From a virus, in IMG/VR virus record IMGVR_UViG_3300023180_000017: a stretch of DNA of 64,000 nt; one strand, 5' to 3'. The position numbers were made by a program, and so were the translations under genes. Below the pieces are notes generated by a model. The model saw only the letters and a list, made by a program, of their open reading frames with translations. It was not told the DNA's origin and did not search any database. This document shows positions 46,063-55,644 of the stretch, in pieces; position 1 is the stretch's first letter; each line of letters begins with the position of its first letter.

Positions 46063-48453
46063 TTACTCGTATTGTAAATTAACCAGATCCTCATGAAGTT
46101 TTTGACCACCATACATTAGCCTTAGCGATCTACTTCTGGAATCCCTTATGTTCTTTCCTTCATATATCTTTTTAACACGATACCAATTAAGTTGATCTCT
46201 TAATTGTGCCTCGGTGTACATATCAAAACCTTTGACATATGACATCAATAATAATGTTATCCGCTGGTCTCCTTCAAAACCCCCGGACTCTTCAATCTCT
46301 TCTGCAAAACTTTGTAGAGCATCTTCCAAGTCTTGTTGTGATATCTCGGATAATACTGACTCAGCCTTTGCCATTGTTTCCTGCTCTTCTGAGCTGGGTG
46401 GTTTTACATCAAACGCTTGAAAGTTTGGCTGTGTTCCACTTAAAAATTCACCTATGTTTTGCCCTGTTGCAATAGCATCATTAAAGTTTTGTTCAAATTC
46501 CATTTCCATTGAGCTAGATGAAAATGATTCTATACTCTCCTGCGGTGTTTCACCACTATCTTGTACCGACGACTGTTGATTTTGTGCTAGATCTTGCTCT
46601 AAAGCGTCTATTTTTGCTTCTAATTCTTGCGATAACTCCTCACTTTGAGCACTTTCTGGAGCATTTTGGATTATGGTGACTGTTTGTACTATGTCAAGAA
46701 CTAATTCTAGCGTATTTCTTGATATTTTTTCAGATTTAGCTGCAGGCTCTTCTTCTTTTTCAAACTCTTCAACAAATTCTTCCTCTTCCTCAACAATTTC
46801 CTCAACAATTTCTTCTTCGATGAGTAATTCTTCTTCTAAATTACTTACTTCCTCTTCCATAGGAGTAATTTCTTCAAAAATTTCCTCCTCAACCAACGTT
46901 TCCTCATCTATTGGCTCTTCAAAAACCTCTTCTACGAGTGTTTCCTCCAAAAATTGCTCTTCTTCAGGCAAAGATTCATTTATAATTGCCTCTTCTATAA
47001 AAACTTCACCGCTATCTGACATTGTTTCATCAACAAACCCTATAGATTCATCGGTTACACCCATATCTGTTGTTGTGGCATCAAATTCTTCAACACCCAT
47101 GTCATAAAAATCACTAATTTCATCACCAAACACAAAATCTTGTCCTGTTGCATTTTGTATTGCATTTGCTTCTTCATAACCAGGACATGTTTGATCATAC
47201 AGAGCATCTAATTCACATTGTTGATCAAAATAAGCTTCCGTATAACCTGGACATTGTTCATCATACAATGCATCTAAGCTACATTGTTGATCAAAATATG
47301 CCTCTTCATAACCAGGACAGCCACTGTCATATAATGGATCTAAACTGCACTGCTGTGAATAATATGCTTCCTCATAACCTGGACAGCCACTGTCATATAA
47401 TGGATCATATGAGCATTGTTGGTCGTAGTATGCCTCAGCGTATCCTGGACACCCTGAATCGTATAACGGATCATATGAGCATTGTTGATCGTAGTATGCC
47501 TCTTCATATCCTGGACATCCACTATCATATAAGGGGTCGTTATTACATTGTTGGTTATAATATGCCTCTTCATACCCTGAACAGCCTTGATCGTATAAAG
47601 GATCCTCTGAACATTGTTGGTTATAATATGCCTCTTCATACCCTGAACAGCCTTGATCATATAATGGATTTTGTTCACATTGTTGATTAAAATATGCTTC
47701 GTCATAACCTTCACAAGAAGGATCATTTAAAGGATTAGAGCAGTCAGGACCAGCATTACTTTCATAACCACCATCTTGCCCATACCATGCGTAATATGTG
47801 TTACCTTCTATTTCATACGTTTCAGATGCAAAAGAAGCCACATCATCCATTGACAAACTACCTTGTCCATAAAACAATTCGGTTACTTCATCGTAGACGT
47901 TTCCATTTAAACTTGTCGTGTCACCTGTATATCCAATCCATACACTATGTTGAGTGACATTAACATCTGCATAATGAAAATCAAAAGAACCATCGGGCCA
48001 TAGTTGAACACCAAATGTGTTTAGATTGTTAGTGCCGTATTCTGTTATGTTCTTCCAAAGAAATGCGGTGCCGTCTGTCCCTGTCTCATAAAAGTAACCT
48101 GAATCTAGTATGCTAGTGTTATGTCTCAAGTCTGTCCACAGAGGAGCAAGCATGTAACTGAAACTGTTTCCAGCATAGTTATAACCAGAAGGATTGAACC
48201 CGCTACAGCATCCGTTGTTGTTAGTGCTAGGATTACCGAATTGTGATACAGGGTCGTATAGTAAAATAAAACCATTACTAGACATCCAGGCATCAGTAAA
48301 GATACCCCCGTAGTATGGAAAAGTGTGCCCTAAATTGATATGAACGGTGCCATCATCAACACCGTTCATTACCTGTGTTTCTTCTGCTAAACTATAAGAG
48401 GAGCAAAAGTAAAGCAGCAGCCCCGCCAGCAGCGTACCAGCCTGTTTTATCAT
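46063..48453 (-). CDS. Exported protein: nidogen(NIDO)-like domain, Cys-rich repeats and acidic stalk
   Basis: Signal peptide; DDG...LGHTFPYYG...SNG...APLWTDL; nine 22-aa repeats; Glu-rich region. Confidence 0.7.
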   Translation of the reverse strand: MIKQAGTLLAGLLLYFCSSYSLAEETQVMNGVDDGTVHINLGHTFPYYGGIFTDAWMSSNGFILLYDPVSQFGNPSTNNNGCCSGFNPSGYNYAGNSFSYMLAPLWTDLRHNTSILDSGYFYETGTDGTAFLWKNITEYGTNNLNTFGVQLWPDGSFDFHYADVNVTQHSVWIGYTGDTTSLNGNVYDEVTELFYGQGSLSMDDVASFASETYEIEGNTYYAWYGQDGGYESNAGPDCSNPLNDPSCEGYDEAYFNQQCEQNPLYDQGCSGYEEAYYNQQCSEDPLYDQGCSGYEEAYYNQQCNNDPLYDSGCPGYEEAYYDQQCSYDPLYDSGCPGYAEAYYDQQCSYDPLYDSGCPGYEEAYYSQQCSLDPLYDSGCPGYEEAYFDQQCSLDALYDEQCPGYTEAYFDQQCELDALYDQTCPGYEEANAIQNATGQDFVFGDEISDFYDMGVEEFDATTTDMGVTDESIGFVDETMSDSGEVFIEEAIINESLPEEEQFLEETLVEEVFEEPIDEETLVEEEIFEEITPMEEEVSNLEEELLIEEEIVEEIVEEEEEFVEEFEKEEEPAAKSEKISRNTLELVLDIVQTVTIIQNAPESAQSEELSQELEAKIDALEQDLAQNQQSSVQDSGETPQESIESFSSSSMEMEFEQNFNDAIATGQNIGEFLSGTQPNFQAFDVKPPSSEEQETMAKAESVLSEISQQDLEDALQSFAEEIEESGGFEGDQRITLLLMSYVKGFDMYTEAQLRDQLNWYRVKKIYEGKNIRDSRSRSLRLMYGGQKLHEDLVNLQYE
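47160..47750 (-). repeat. 66-bp intragenic tandem repeat (about nine units)
   Basis: Consensus QQCSxDPLYDSGCPGYEEAYYx. Confidence 0.9.
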
Positions 48454-49381
48454 CTTCTTCCTCGTCTTTCATTTTAACTTCGTCTAATGCGTTATCAGGA
48501 ATTAGCTGAGGATTTTCTACCCACGCTTCTAATGCCTCATCGCCGATTTTACCTTCGAAAGGACAAGGAGTGCCTGCCATCATCATGGCTTTCCAAACTC
48601 TTTCGTCCTGACACATTGTAGATACAGCAGCGACACGCATTCCCATATCATATAAAGTTTTGGACAATTTAATTCTTTCGCAGTTCATATCTCTTACAGA
48701 CTTTCCTGCAGACAAACCTAGAATTTGAGTTTGTATTGCTCCAGAAACACCTGTTGTACATAGGTCTTGAGAATAAGAAGATCCTATACTAGGAGCGATT
48801 GCAGATGGAGGTGGAGATTTAATTTCCTGCTCAATCTTTTGTGTTGATGTGCTCTCGTTACGATTTATATTCTCGTTTCTATTGTTGTTGGTGTTGTTTG
48901 TTGTAACATTACTATCAGACTCGCTATAGTTCGTATTTGTGTTATTAGACGTACTATTGGAAGTGCTATTATTAATGTTAGTGTTGGTGTTGTTGCTTAC
49001 TGTATTGTTATTATTGGTATTCACATTGTTACTATTAATATTGGTATTATTGTTGTTATTATTCGTATTGGTATTATTCGATGTGCTATTAATAGTGGTA
49101 TTATTTGTGTTCGTATTAGTATTTGTGTTATTAGACGTACTGTTAATAGTGGTATTATTTGTGTTCGTATTGGTATTCGTGTTAGTTGACGTACTATTTA
49201 CAGTCGTGTTATTATTATTCGTGTTGACGTTGGTGTTGGTGTTCGTTGATGTGCTGGTTGTGTTAGTAGTATTGGTGGTATTAACATTGGTGGTAGTCTC
49301 ACTACTACTAGAATCTGCATCTTGTGCAAAAACAGGGAAGGCCAACAAAACAGCGGCGAACATAATTATAAAGTTACGCAT
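48392..49381 (-). CDS. Exported Asn/Thr-rich protein with Cys-containing domain and C-terminal hydrophobic anchor
   Basis: Signal peptide ending VFA-Q; long Asn/Thr/Ser low-complexity tract; PPPSAIAP..DLC..NCER..MCQD..GTPCP; GGAG SD. Confidence 0.8.
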   Translation of the reverse strand: MRNFIIMFAAVLLAFPVFAQDADSSSSETTTNVNTTNTTNTTSTSTNTNTNVNTNNNNTTVNSTSTNTNTNTNTNNTTINSTSNNTNTNTNTNNTTINSTSNNTNTNNNNNNTNINSNNVNTNNNNTVSNNTNTNINNSTSNSTSNNTNTNYSESDSNVTTNNTNNNRNENINRNESTSTQKIEQEIKSPPPSAIAPSIGSSYSQDLCTTGVSGAIQTQILGLSAGKSVRDMNCERIKLSKTLYDMGMRVAAVSTMCQDERVWKAMMMAGTPCPFEGKIGDEALEAWVENPQLIPDNALDEVKMKDEEEDDKTGWYAAGGAAALLLLLL

Positions 49382-49428
49382 TTTGGTCTCCTAGAGTTAT
49401 TTTTTTTGTGTTTTCACCTCCAATTTCC

Positions 49429-49457
49429 TTGACATGTATGTAAAAATTTTATATAAT
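49429..49457 (+). promoter_or_regulatory. sigma70-type promoter
   Basis: TTGACA-N17-TATAAT. Confidence 0.75.
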
Positions 49458-49459
49458 TG

Positions 49460-49471
49460 TATTTATAAATA
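49460..49471. promoter_or_regulatory. Palindromic bidirectional late promoter
   Basis: TATTTATAAATA contains TATAAATA on both strands and lies between divergent genes. Confidence 0.7.
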
Positions 49472-49554
49472 TTAATTGGCATATACGGTAAAATTGATAT
49501 TATTTTTTAGTAAAAACTCTTATAAATCTCTATGAGAGAGAAGGAAGGTATATT

Positions 49555-49908
49555 ATGGCTTACTTGAACTTACAAAACTCTCTACGTTACGACATGTCCG
49601 GACGAAAAAGAAGAAAGAAAAAGTCCCAAGCCGTATCTACCCCCCGCCGCAAAAAATCAGAATTCAAAGAGTATGTGCCAACGAACAAATATGTTCGGGA
49701 CGAGGACCATCGCGAAAAGTATCCTTCACTTATGGAGAAGCAAGTCGCGGATGGAACATTTAACAAAAATGGCGGCGTTGGCTCTAAAAAAGAACCTATG
49801 CGTTATACAGGTACTCTTATTAAGGGTATTGCCACAATGCACAAATCCAATGCCGTCCCAATTATAGATGATCAACATGCAAAAGATATTGCAAGAATGC
49901 GTAGATAA
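49555..49908 (+). CDS. Conserved basic T4-like protein
   Basis: YTG....GIATMHKSNAVP motif. Confidence 0.7.
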   Translation: MAYLNLQNSLRYDMSGRKRRKKKSQAVSTPRRKKSEFKEYVPTNKYVRDEDHREKYPSLMEKQVADGTFNKNGGVGSKKEPMRYTGTLIKGIATMHKSNAVPIIDDQHAKDIARMRR

Positions 49909-49930
49909 ATTTTTTAAAAAGGAGAAAAAA

Positions 49931-50137
49931 ATGACTGTAAGAAATGTACCATTTGCTGAGGGGCCTTTCGCAGACTCAATCGGTGAGGACTTGCAGGAAG
50001 GTGTATTGATGAGAGAGATGACCGTTATTAAAGTTAGGAACGGGTTCTTAGTTCGTGAAATCCATAGACGAGATTATATGGATAACGGAGATTATAACGA
50101 CACTTCCACAATTACGCCTATTACAAAGGTGGAATAA
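49931..50137 (+). CDS. Hypothetical protein
   Basis: AAGGAG SD. Confidence 0.7.
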   Translation: MTVRNVPFAEGPFADSIGEDLQEGVLMREMTVIKVRNGFLVREIHRRDYMDNGDYNDTSTITPITKVE

Positions 50138-50140
50138 TTA

Positions 50141-50446
50141 ATGGCACCTAATGATTTTTCTAAACAAGAATTAGAAAAAAGCAAACGAATACAAAAAAGC
50201 CAAACACCCAAAGGAACAATTGACTGGTATATTAAATGGTTATCCAGCATTTCTGTTCTTTTTGCCGTTGCATTTAGAAGCTCGGGTGTTCCAGAATTAC
50301 ATATTTGGGACGTCTTTTTAAGCTGGGCAGGTGCAATGGGATGGTTTGTTGTTGGCTTTATGTGGAAAGATAGAGCACTTGTCCTGCTAAACGGTGTTAT
50401 CGGTATTATGCTGTTTGGCTCATTATTGAGATCCTTTTTCTTATGA
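50141..50446 (+). CDS. Small membrane protein
   Basis: DWYIKW...W.DRAL..LN; three TM segments. Confidence 0.7.
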   Translation: MAPNDFSKQELEKSKRIQKSQTPKGTIDWYIKWLSSISVLFAVAFRSSGVPELHIWDVFLSWAGAMGWFVVGFMWKDRALVLLNGVIGIMLFGSLLRSFFL

Positions 50447-51063
50447 AGATAACAAAAGAGAGACTGTCCTTGTATATGGACTATGTAAGATATCAAAATC
50501 ATCTAAGCCAAAGATTTTCAGATTGTTTTTATTCTAGTCAACTAGATAGTAAAAGTTGGTTAATTGAAAAACTAAGACTGTATTCCGACTGCAGAAAATT
50601 CAACAACGTTCATATATTCGGAGGATGGTACGGCGTTCTAGCTACTCTCCTAAAAGATAACTTTCAAATTCTGGGCGATATTACAACTGTAGACATTGAT
50701 CCAGATTGCGAAGAGGTTGTAAGGCGAATAACAACCAAAGAAGATAAAATTAATGCTGTTACATGTGATATGATGAAGTATGTTTATAATGACACTCCTG
50801 AGCTAGTAATAAATACTTCTTGTGAACACATTAACCAAATGTCGTATTACAGATGGTGGGATAATGTTCCTATGGGTACATGGTTTGTCGTACAAAGCAA
50901 CAATTTGGAAATAGGTGAACACATCAGAACAGCATCGTCTTTACAAGAGTTTGAAGGACAATGCGGGCATGAAAACATATTGTATTCTGGTGAATTGGAT
51001 TGTGGAAACTTCTCTAGATACATGATTATAGGCATTAAAGATGGGTACGAAATACGAGTCTGA
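50443..51063 (+). CDS. Class I SAM-dependent methyltransferase-like protein
   Basis: SKSWL, IFGGWYG, VDIDP and VINTSCEH motifs. Confidence 0.65.
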   Translation: MKITKERLSLYMDYVRYQNHLSQRFSDCFYSSQLDSKSWLIEKLRLYSDCRKFNNVHIFGGWYGVLATLLKDNFQILGDITTVDIDPDCEEVVRRITTKEDKINAVTCDMMKYVYNDTPELVINTSCEHINQMSYYRWWDNVPMGTWFVVQSNNLEIGEHIRTASSLQEFEGQCGHENILYSGELDCGNFSRYMIIGIKDGYEIRV

Positions 51064-52531
51064 TGTAGAACAAATTCGTCAGACTACAAAACAACTAGAA
51101 GAACAAATTAGTCCAACCTTCTGTTTGGCTAAATGGCATCACACCTCAATATACATGTACTCTGGGCAAACGCATAGCTGTTATCACCCACGACCCCATG
51201 ATATTTCTGTAGAAGAAATCAAAGTAAACCCAGCAGCTCTGCATAATACAAGCACAAAGAAAAAAGAAAGAGCAGAGATGCTTGTTGGTGAAAAACCAGA
51301 TGGGTGTAAGTATTGTTGGAACGTTGAAAGTTTAGATACTGATGAAACACCTTGGGAACAGCAACACATTAGCGATAGAAAAATTCGTAATGCTAGTATC
51401 TTTACACCTGAGCGTATAGAAGAAATTAAAAGCATGCCGTGGGATTACAATGTTAATCCAGAATATATAGAAGTTGCATTTCACAATGAATGTAACTTTA
51501 AATGTGGTTACTGCCATCCTGCTGTAAGCACAAGCTTCTATAATGAAATTAAAAAGTTTGGTCCATACAACATGGTTAAAAACCATGCCTTAGATATAGA
51601 CTACATTGAACAGAGCTCTTTGTTATCATCATTGAAAGATGAAGACAATAATCCCTTTATTAAGGCTTGGTGGGAATGGTGGCCCGAGATGTCCAAGACA
51701 TTAAACATCTTGCGTATTACTGGCGGAGAGCCACTGTTACACAAATCCACGTGGCGGTTATTTAATGATCTAAAAGAAAATCCTAAGCCTGATTTAGAAA
51801 TTAATGTTAATAGCAATCTCGGTATGACACATAGGCACGTGGAAAAACTAGTGCCTATTATAAATGATCTTTTAGACAGTAAAAAAATTAGAAAGTTTAA
51901 GATGTTTACAAGCATGGATACTTGGGGTAAACGTGCTGAGTATTTGCGAACAGGATTAGATGTAAATAAGTGGGAAAAGAATCAGGACATTTATGTTAGA
52001 GGAGTTAAGTCCCATATTACGCACATGTGTACATTCAATATCTTGTCAGTAACTTCTTTTACAGAGTATTTACAAAAGATTTTAGATTGGCGTGAACTTT
52101 ATGATGATGTAATTCCTGTATTGGATCCTAGAAATCCACAAGATCGAAAAATAAGGTTTGATACTCCTTATTTAAAAGAGCCTTTACAATATGATATGCA
52201 CATTCTTCCTAAAGAAGAATATTTGCCTCACTTTGACAACATCTTAAAGTTTATTGATGATAATAGAGACGACTCGGACACTAAAAAATTTAGTGATATA
52301 GAATATGAAAGATTTAGACGTGTTAGAGATTATTTTGCCGAAGTTCAGTATGATGATGAAAAAGTAAAACAAGGAAGAATAGATTTTTATAAATGGTTTA
52401 CAGAAATAGATAGAAGAAGGGATACAAACTTTTTAGAAACATTTCCAGATATGGAATCATTTTGGAATCTATGTAAACACTTAGCGGAAGAAGAAAACAA
52501 TACTAGAATAGAGGTAGTCAATGTCGGATAG
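51041..52531 (+). CDS. Radical SAM protein with N-terminal Twitch-like domain
   Basis: CLAKW...HSC...GCKYCW; CNFKCGYC; TGGEP. Confidence 0.88.
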   Translation: MGTKYESDVEQIRQTTKQLEEQISPTFCLAKWHHTSIYMYSGQTHSCYHPRPHDISVEEIKVNPAALHNTSTKKKERAEMLVGEKPDGCKYCWNVESLDTDETPWEQQHISDRKIRNASIFTPERIEEIKSMPWDYNVNPEYIEVAFHNECNFKCGYCHPAVSTSFYNEIKKFGPYNMVKNHALDIDYIEQSSLLSSLKDEDNNPFIKAWWEWWPEMSKTLNILRITGGEPLLHKSTWRLFNDLKENPKPDLEINVNSNLGMTHRHVEKLVPIINDLLDSKKIRKFKMFTSMDTWGKRAEYLRTGLDVNKWEKNQDIYVRGVKSHITHMCTFNILSVTSFTEYLQKILDWRELYDDVIPVLDPRNPQDRKIRFDTPYLKEPLQYDMHILPKEEYLPHFDNILKFIDDNRDDSDTKKFSDIEYERFRRVRDYFAEVQYDDEKVKQGRIDFYKWFTEIDRRRDTNFLETFPDMESFWNLCKHLAEEENNTRIEVVNVG

Positions 52532-53279
52532 ACTTATTATAGGAATAGGTGATTCTTTTATACAGGGTGCAGAAGCCGGGGGTGAAGAAGCATCTTTTCT
52601 AGCTCAATATGCTAACATTTGTAATGCAGATTATATTAACCTAGGTACAGAGGGAGTTGGTAATCTTGGTTCTGTTTTGAATTTATTCATGTACGACTTA
52701 GGATTGAGTGATTATCAAGAAAAGTATTTAATTTGGATGCCAACAGCTTTATCCAGGGTAGACTATTTAAATCCTAAATGGGTTCCTAAACCGAAAAAAA
52801 CTTTTAATGAATTTTTAACCATTTTTCCTAATTCAGAACCCCCCAATGTTCACGGAGAAGAACATCAAGAACTATGTAAAATCTGGGCTAAGATAAGTTC
52901 TCAAAGATCTGAGAATACAAACTTTTTACTGTCTTATAAATTACTTAAACAATTTTGTCATGCGAACGGGATATTGAATTATAAGATTTTTCCCTCTTTT
53001 ACAAACGAGTATAAACAGGAAAAATTTCTTTATTTTGATAATCACCTATATACATCAATTCAATGGACAGATATAATTACTGTTGGTGGTCATTCTAATA
53101 TGTTTGACTGGTGTGTGAAAGAGCTTTTGTTACTTGAAGAGGAAATTACCACCTTTGATCTTATTAACAAAAAAGTTCAACATCAAAATTTAGAAAAATA
53201 TTTTCACGAAAGAGGTCATCCCACTCGTTTAGGACATACACTATTTGCAAGAGCTCTTGCTCAGGAACATCAATTATGA
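52521..53279 (+). CDS. SGNH/GDSL-like protein
   Basis: IGDSFIQG, NLG..G.GN and GHPT..GH motifs. Confidence 0.6.
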   Translation: MSDRLIIGIGDSFIQGAEAGGEEASFLAQYANICNADYINLGTEGVGNLGSVLNLFMYDLGLSDYQEKYLIWMPTALSRVDYLNPKWVPKPKKTFNEFLTIFPNSEPPNVHGEEHQELCKIWAKISSQRSENTNFLLSYKLLKQFCHANGILNYKIFPSFTNEYKQEKFLYFDNHLYTSIQWTDIITVGGHSNMFDWCVKELLLLEEEITTFDLINKKVQHQNLEKYFHERGHPTRLGHTLFARALAQEHQL

Positions 53280-54280
53280 AAATTTTAATTACAGGCATCG
53301 CGGGTTTTTTAGGAAGTCATTTAGGCGAAAGACTTGTAAAGAATACAAATCACACAATTATTGGAAACGATAACTTGTTAGGCGGGTATGTTGATAATAT
53401 ACCTGAAGGAGTAAGTCGTTATAAGGTTGATTGTTGTGATTATGAAGGAATGTATAGAATTCTTGAGGGAGTTGATGTTGTAATACATACAGCCGCCACT
53501 GCACACGAAGGACTGTCTGTTTTTTCACCTTCATTTATTACTAAAAACATTTATGATGCCAGTGTTACAACAATGAGTGCTGCCATAGCAAGGGGAGTTA
53601 AGAAATTTATTTTTTGTAGTTCAATGGCAAGATATGGCGATCAAGAAGCACCCTTTACAGAGGACATGACGCCTCAGCCTGTTGATCCTTATGCTATTGC
53701 TAAAGTAGCTGCCGAAGATACCCTAAGAATATTATCTAAAGTTCATGGAATGGATTATGTTATAGCTGTCCCGCATAATATTGTAGGACCCAGACAAAGA
53801 TATGACGATCCTTTTAGAAATGTTATGAGCATAATGATTAATAGAAACCTAATGGGCAAGCCTGCTATTATTTACGGAGACGGGGAACAAACAAGATGCT
53901 TTTCCTACGTAGATGATTGTGTTGACTGTTTAGAACAAATGATTTATAGAAAAGATATTAATGGTGAGGTAATTAATATTGGGCCTGACTCAGGCGAAGT
54001 AACAATTAATACATTAGCAGAAATGATTTCCTCAATTACTAGGTGTAATGAGGCTCCAATATATATGGAAGGCAGACCACAAGAAGTTAAACACGCAACT
54101 TGTTCTGCAGAAAAGGCAAAAAAACTTTTAAACTACACCCCCAATTCTGATTTACTTATGATGATTAAATCTACTGTAGAATATATAAAATTACGAGGAC
54201 CAAAACCCTTTAATTATAATTTGCCTGTAGAGATTATAAATGAAAAAACTCCCAAAACTTGGAAAGATGGATTAATGTAA
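53276..54280 (+). CDS. NAD-dependent nucleotide-sugar epimerase/dehydratase
   Basis: TGIAGFLG, SS...YG, YAIAK (YxxxK) and GDGEQTR motifs. Confidence 0.92.
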   Translation: MKILITGIAGFLGSHLGERLVKNTNHTIIGNDNLLGGYVDNIPEGVSRYKVDCCDYEGMYRILEGVDVVIHTAATAHEGLSVFSPSFITKNIYDASVTTMSAAIARGVKKFIFCSSMARYGDQEAPFTEDMTPQPVDPYAIAKVAAEDTLRILSKVHGMDYVIAVPHNIVGPRQRYDDPFRNVMSIMINRNLMGKPAIIYGDGEQTRCFSYVDDCVDCLEQMIYRKDINGEVINIGPDSGEVTINTLAEMISSITRCNEAPIYMEGRPQEVKHATCSAEKAKKLLNYTPNSDLLMMIKSTVEYIKLRGPKPFNYNLPVEIINEKTPKTWKDGLM

Positions 54281-55644
54281 TGAAGTTTGCATTTGAGAAA
54301 ATAGAACCAGACTTTGAAAACTTTATAGATTATCCTGATAAAAATACATCAGGATTAAATCGCTTTACACCGTGTCCAATTACAACAACTCTTATGATGC
54401 ACCGCAATCACAATCTATCCGGTGAGAGAGAAGGTGTTAAACGTAATATGGGTGAGAAGTGGGAGCAAAAGAAATGGGAAGTGTATCACTATCAAAACGA
54501 AAATGATAACGATACAAATTATATTATTTCAACAGCAGTAAATCATAGTCCTATAGATTGGTGTGGAGAAGACAACAAAGGACTAGCAAAGAACGAAAAC
54601 TTTCCAAATAGAAAAACACCACTGTCCCTTTTAAATAAAAAATACCTTAAAGATTTGAGGGAAGGAAAGGCTTTGTTGTTATTGGATCAAAGCCATGAGG
54701 GATATCAAACAGAATGGCTTTGGAGTTGGTTTCATAATGATTGTGAGGCGAATAATGTTTCCCCACGAGCAATTATCTATGTAACAGGAAATTGTTTAGC
54801 TGATGAACAATATCAAATTTGGGCAAACTCTTTAGGTATTAAAGAAAGATTAAAAGTCATTCCACATACTCACTTTGAAAATATGATACATGTGGGTGCT
54901 GTAAATAGATTGAGACATCAAGGGCGTCCTTTACCAACGTTATTGGATCAGTTGGAATATAAAAGAAATAATTTAGAAAAATTAAAAACATTTAATGCAC
55001 TACAAAAAAGAACAAGGGCACATAGAATTTGGTTTTACAAATATTTAAGAGACGCCAACTTACTTGACAAAGGAGTTTGTAGTATGAACTCCTGGGATCC
55101 TAATTTTACACATATGGAAGATAGGTTTATTCCGCATGATGAATCTGAATTATTAAATAAGGATCTGCCGTTGTTGGCTTATAATACTCCAAATAACGAA
55201 AAAGATGATGGGTATTATATTACAAGATTTAATGATCAAACAATAAAAGACACCTTTGTTAGTGTTGTTAGTGAGGCATCTTTTTCTGATCATGACAATA
55301 CATGCTTTTTAAGTGAAAAAACATTTAAGTCTATTGCAGAGTTTCATCCTTTTATTATATTAGGAAATAAAAACTCGCTACATTATTTAAAAGACTTTGG
55401 CTATAAAACATTTGAAGGTTTTATTGATGAAAGTTACGACAAACTTTCTACATGGGCTAGAATGGAAGCTATTATAAAAGAGATAAAACGCATAGATGCC
55501 ATTGAAGACAAAATGTCATGGTTTAGATCTTTGACGCCTATATTAGAACATAATAGAGAGGTTTTAAGAAAAAATTCTGAGGATTATGTTCCTAAATCTA
55601 TGGAAACTTTAATACAATATTATAAGGAATATTTTAATGTTTAA
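54280..55644 (+). CDS. Hypothetical protein, glycosyltransferase-like 'SEKT' family
   Basis: VVSE...FLSEKTFK.I...HPF...GYKTF..FIDESYD. Confidence 0.55.
   Translation: MKFAFEKIEPDFENFIDYPDKNTSGLNRFTPCPITTTLMMHRNHNLSGEREGVKRNMGEKWEQKKWEVYHYQNENDNDTNYIISTAVNHSPIDWCGEDNKGLAKNENFPNRKTPLSLLNKKYLKDLREGKALLLLDQSHEGYQTEWLWSWFHNDCEANNVSPRAIIYVTGNCLADEQYQIWANSLGIKERLKVIPHTHFENMIHVGAVNRLRHQGRPLPTLLDQLEYKRNNLEKLKTFNALQKRTRAHRIWFYKYLRDANLLDKGVCSMNSWDPNFTHMEDRFIPHDESELLNKDLPLLAYNTPNNEKDDGYYITRFNDQTIKDTFVSVVSEASFSDHDNTCFLSEKTFKSIAEFHPFIILGNKNSLHYLKDFGYKTFEGFIDESYDKLSTWARMEAIIKEIKRIDAIEDKMSWFRSLTPILEHNREVLRKNSEDYVPKSMETLIQYYKEYFNV

Noticed and set aside
47148-47726. Alternative-frame repeat ORFs at 47148(+) and 47340(-)
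   Set aside because: By-products of the 66-bp tandem repeat; no SD or independent evidence.
47160-47750. Tandem repeats as a CRISPR array or diversity-generating retroelement
   Set aside because: Contiguous coding repeats without unique spacers; no reverse transcriptase or adenine-specific variation evident.
48939-49394. Very hydrophobic 151-aa plus-strand ORF
   Set aside because: Antisense shadow of the Asn/Thr codon repeats of the real minus-strand gene.
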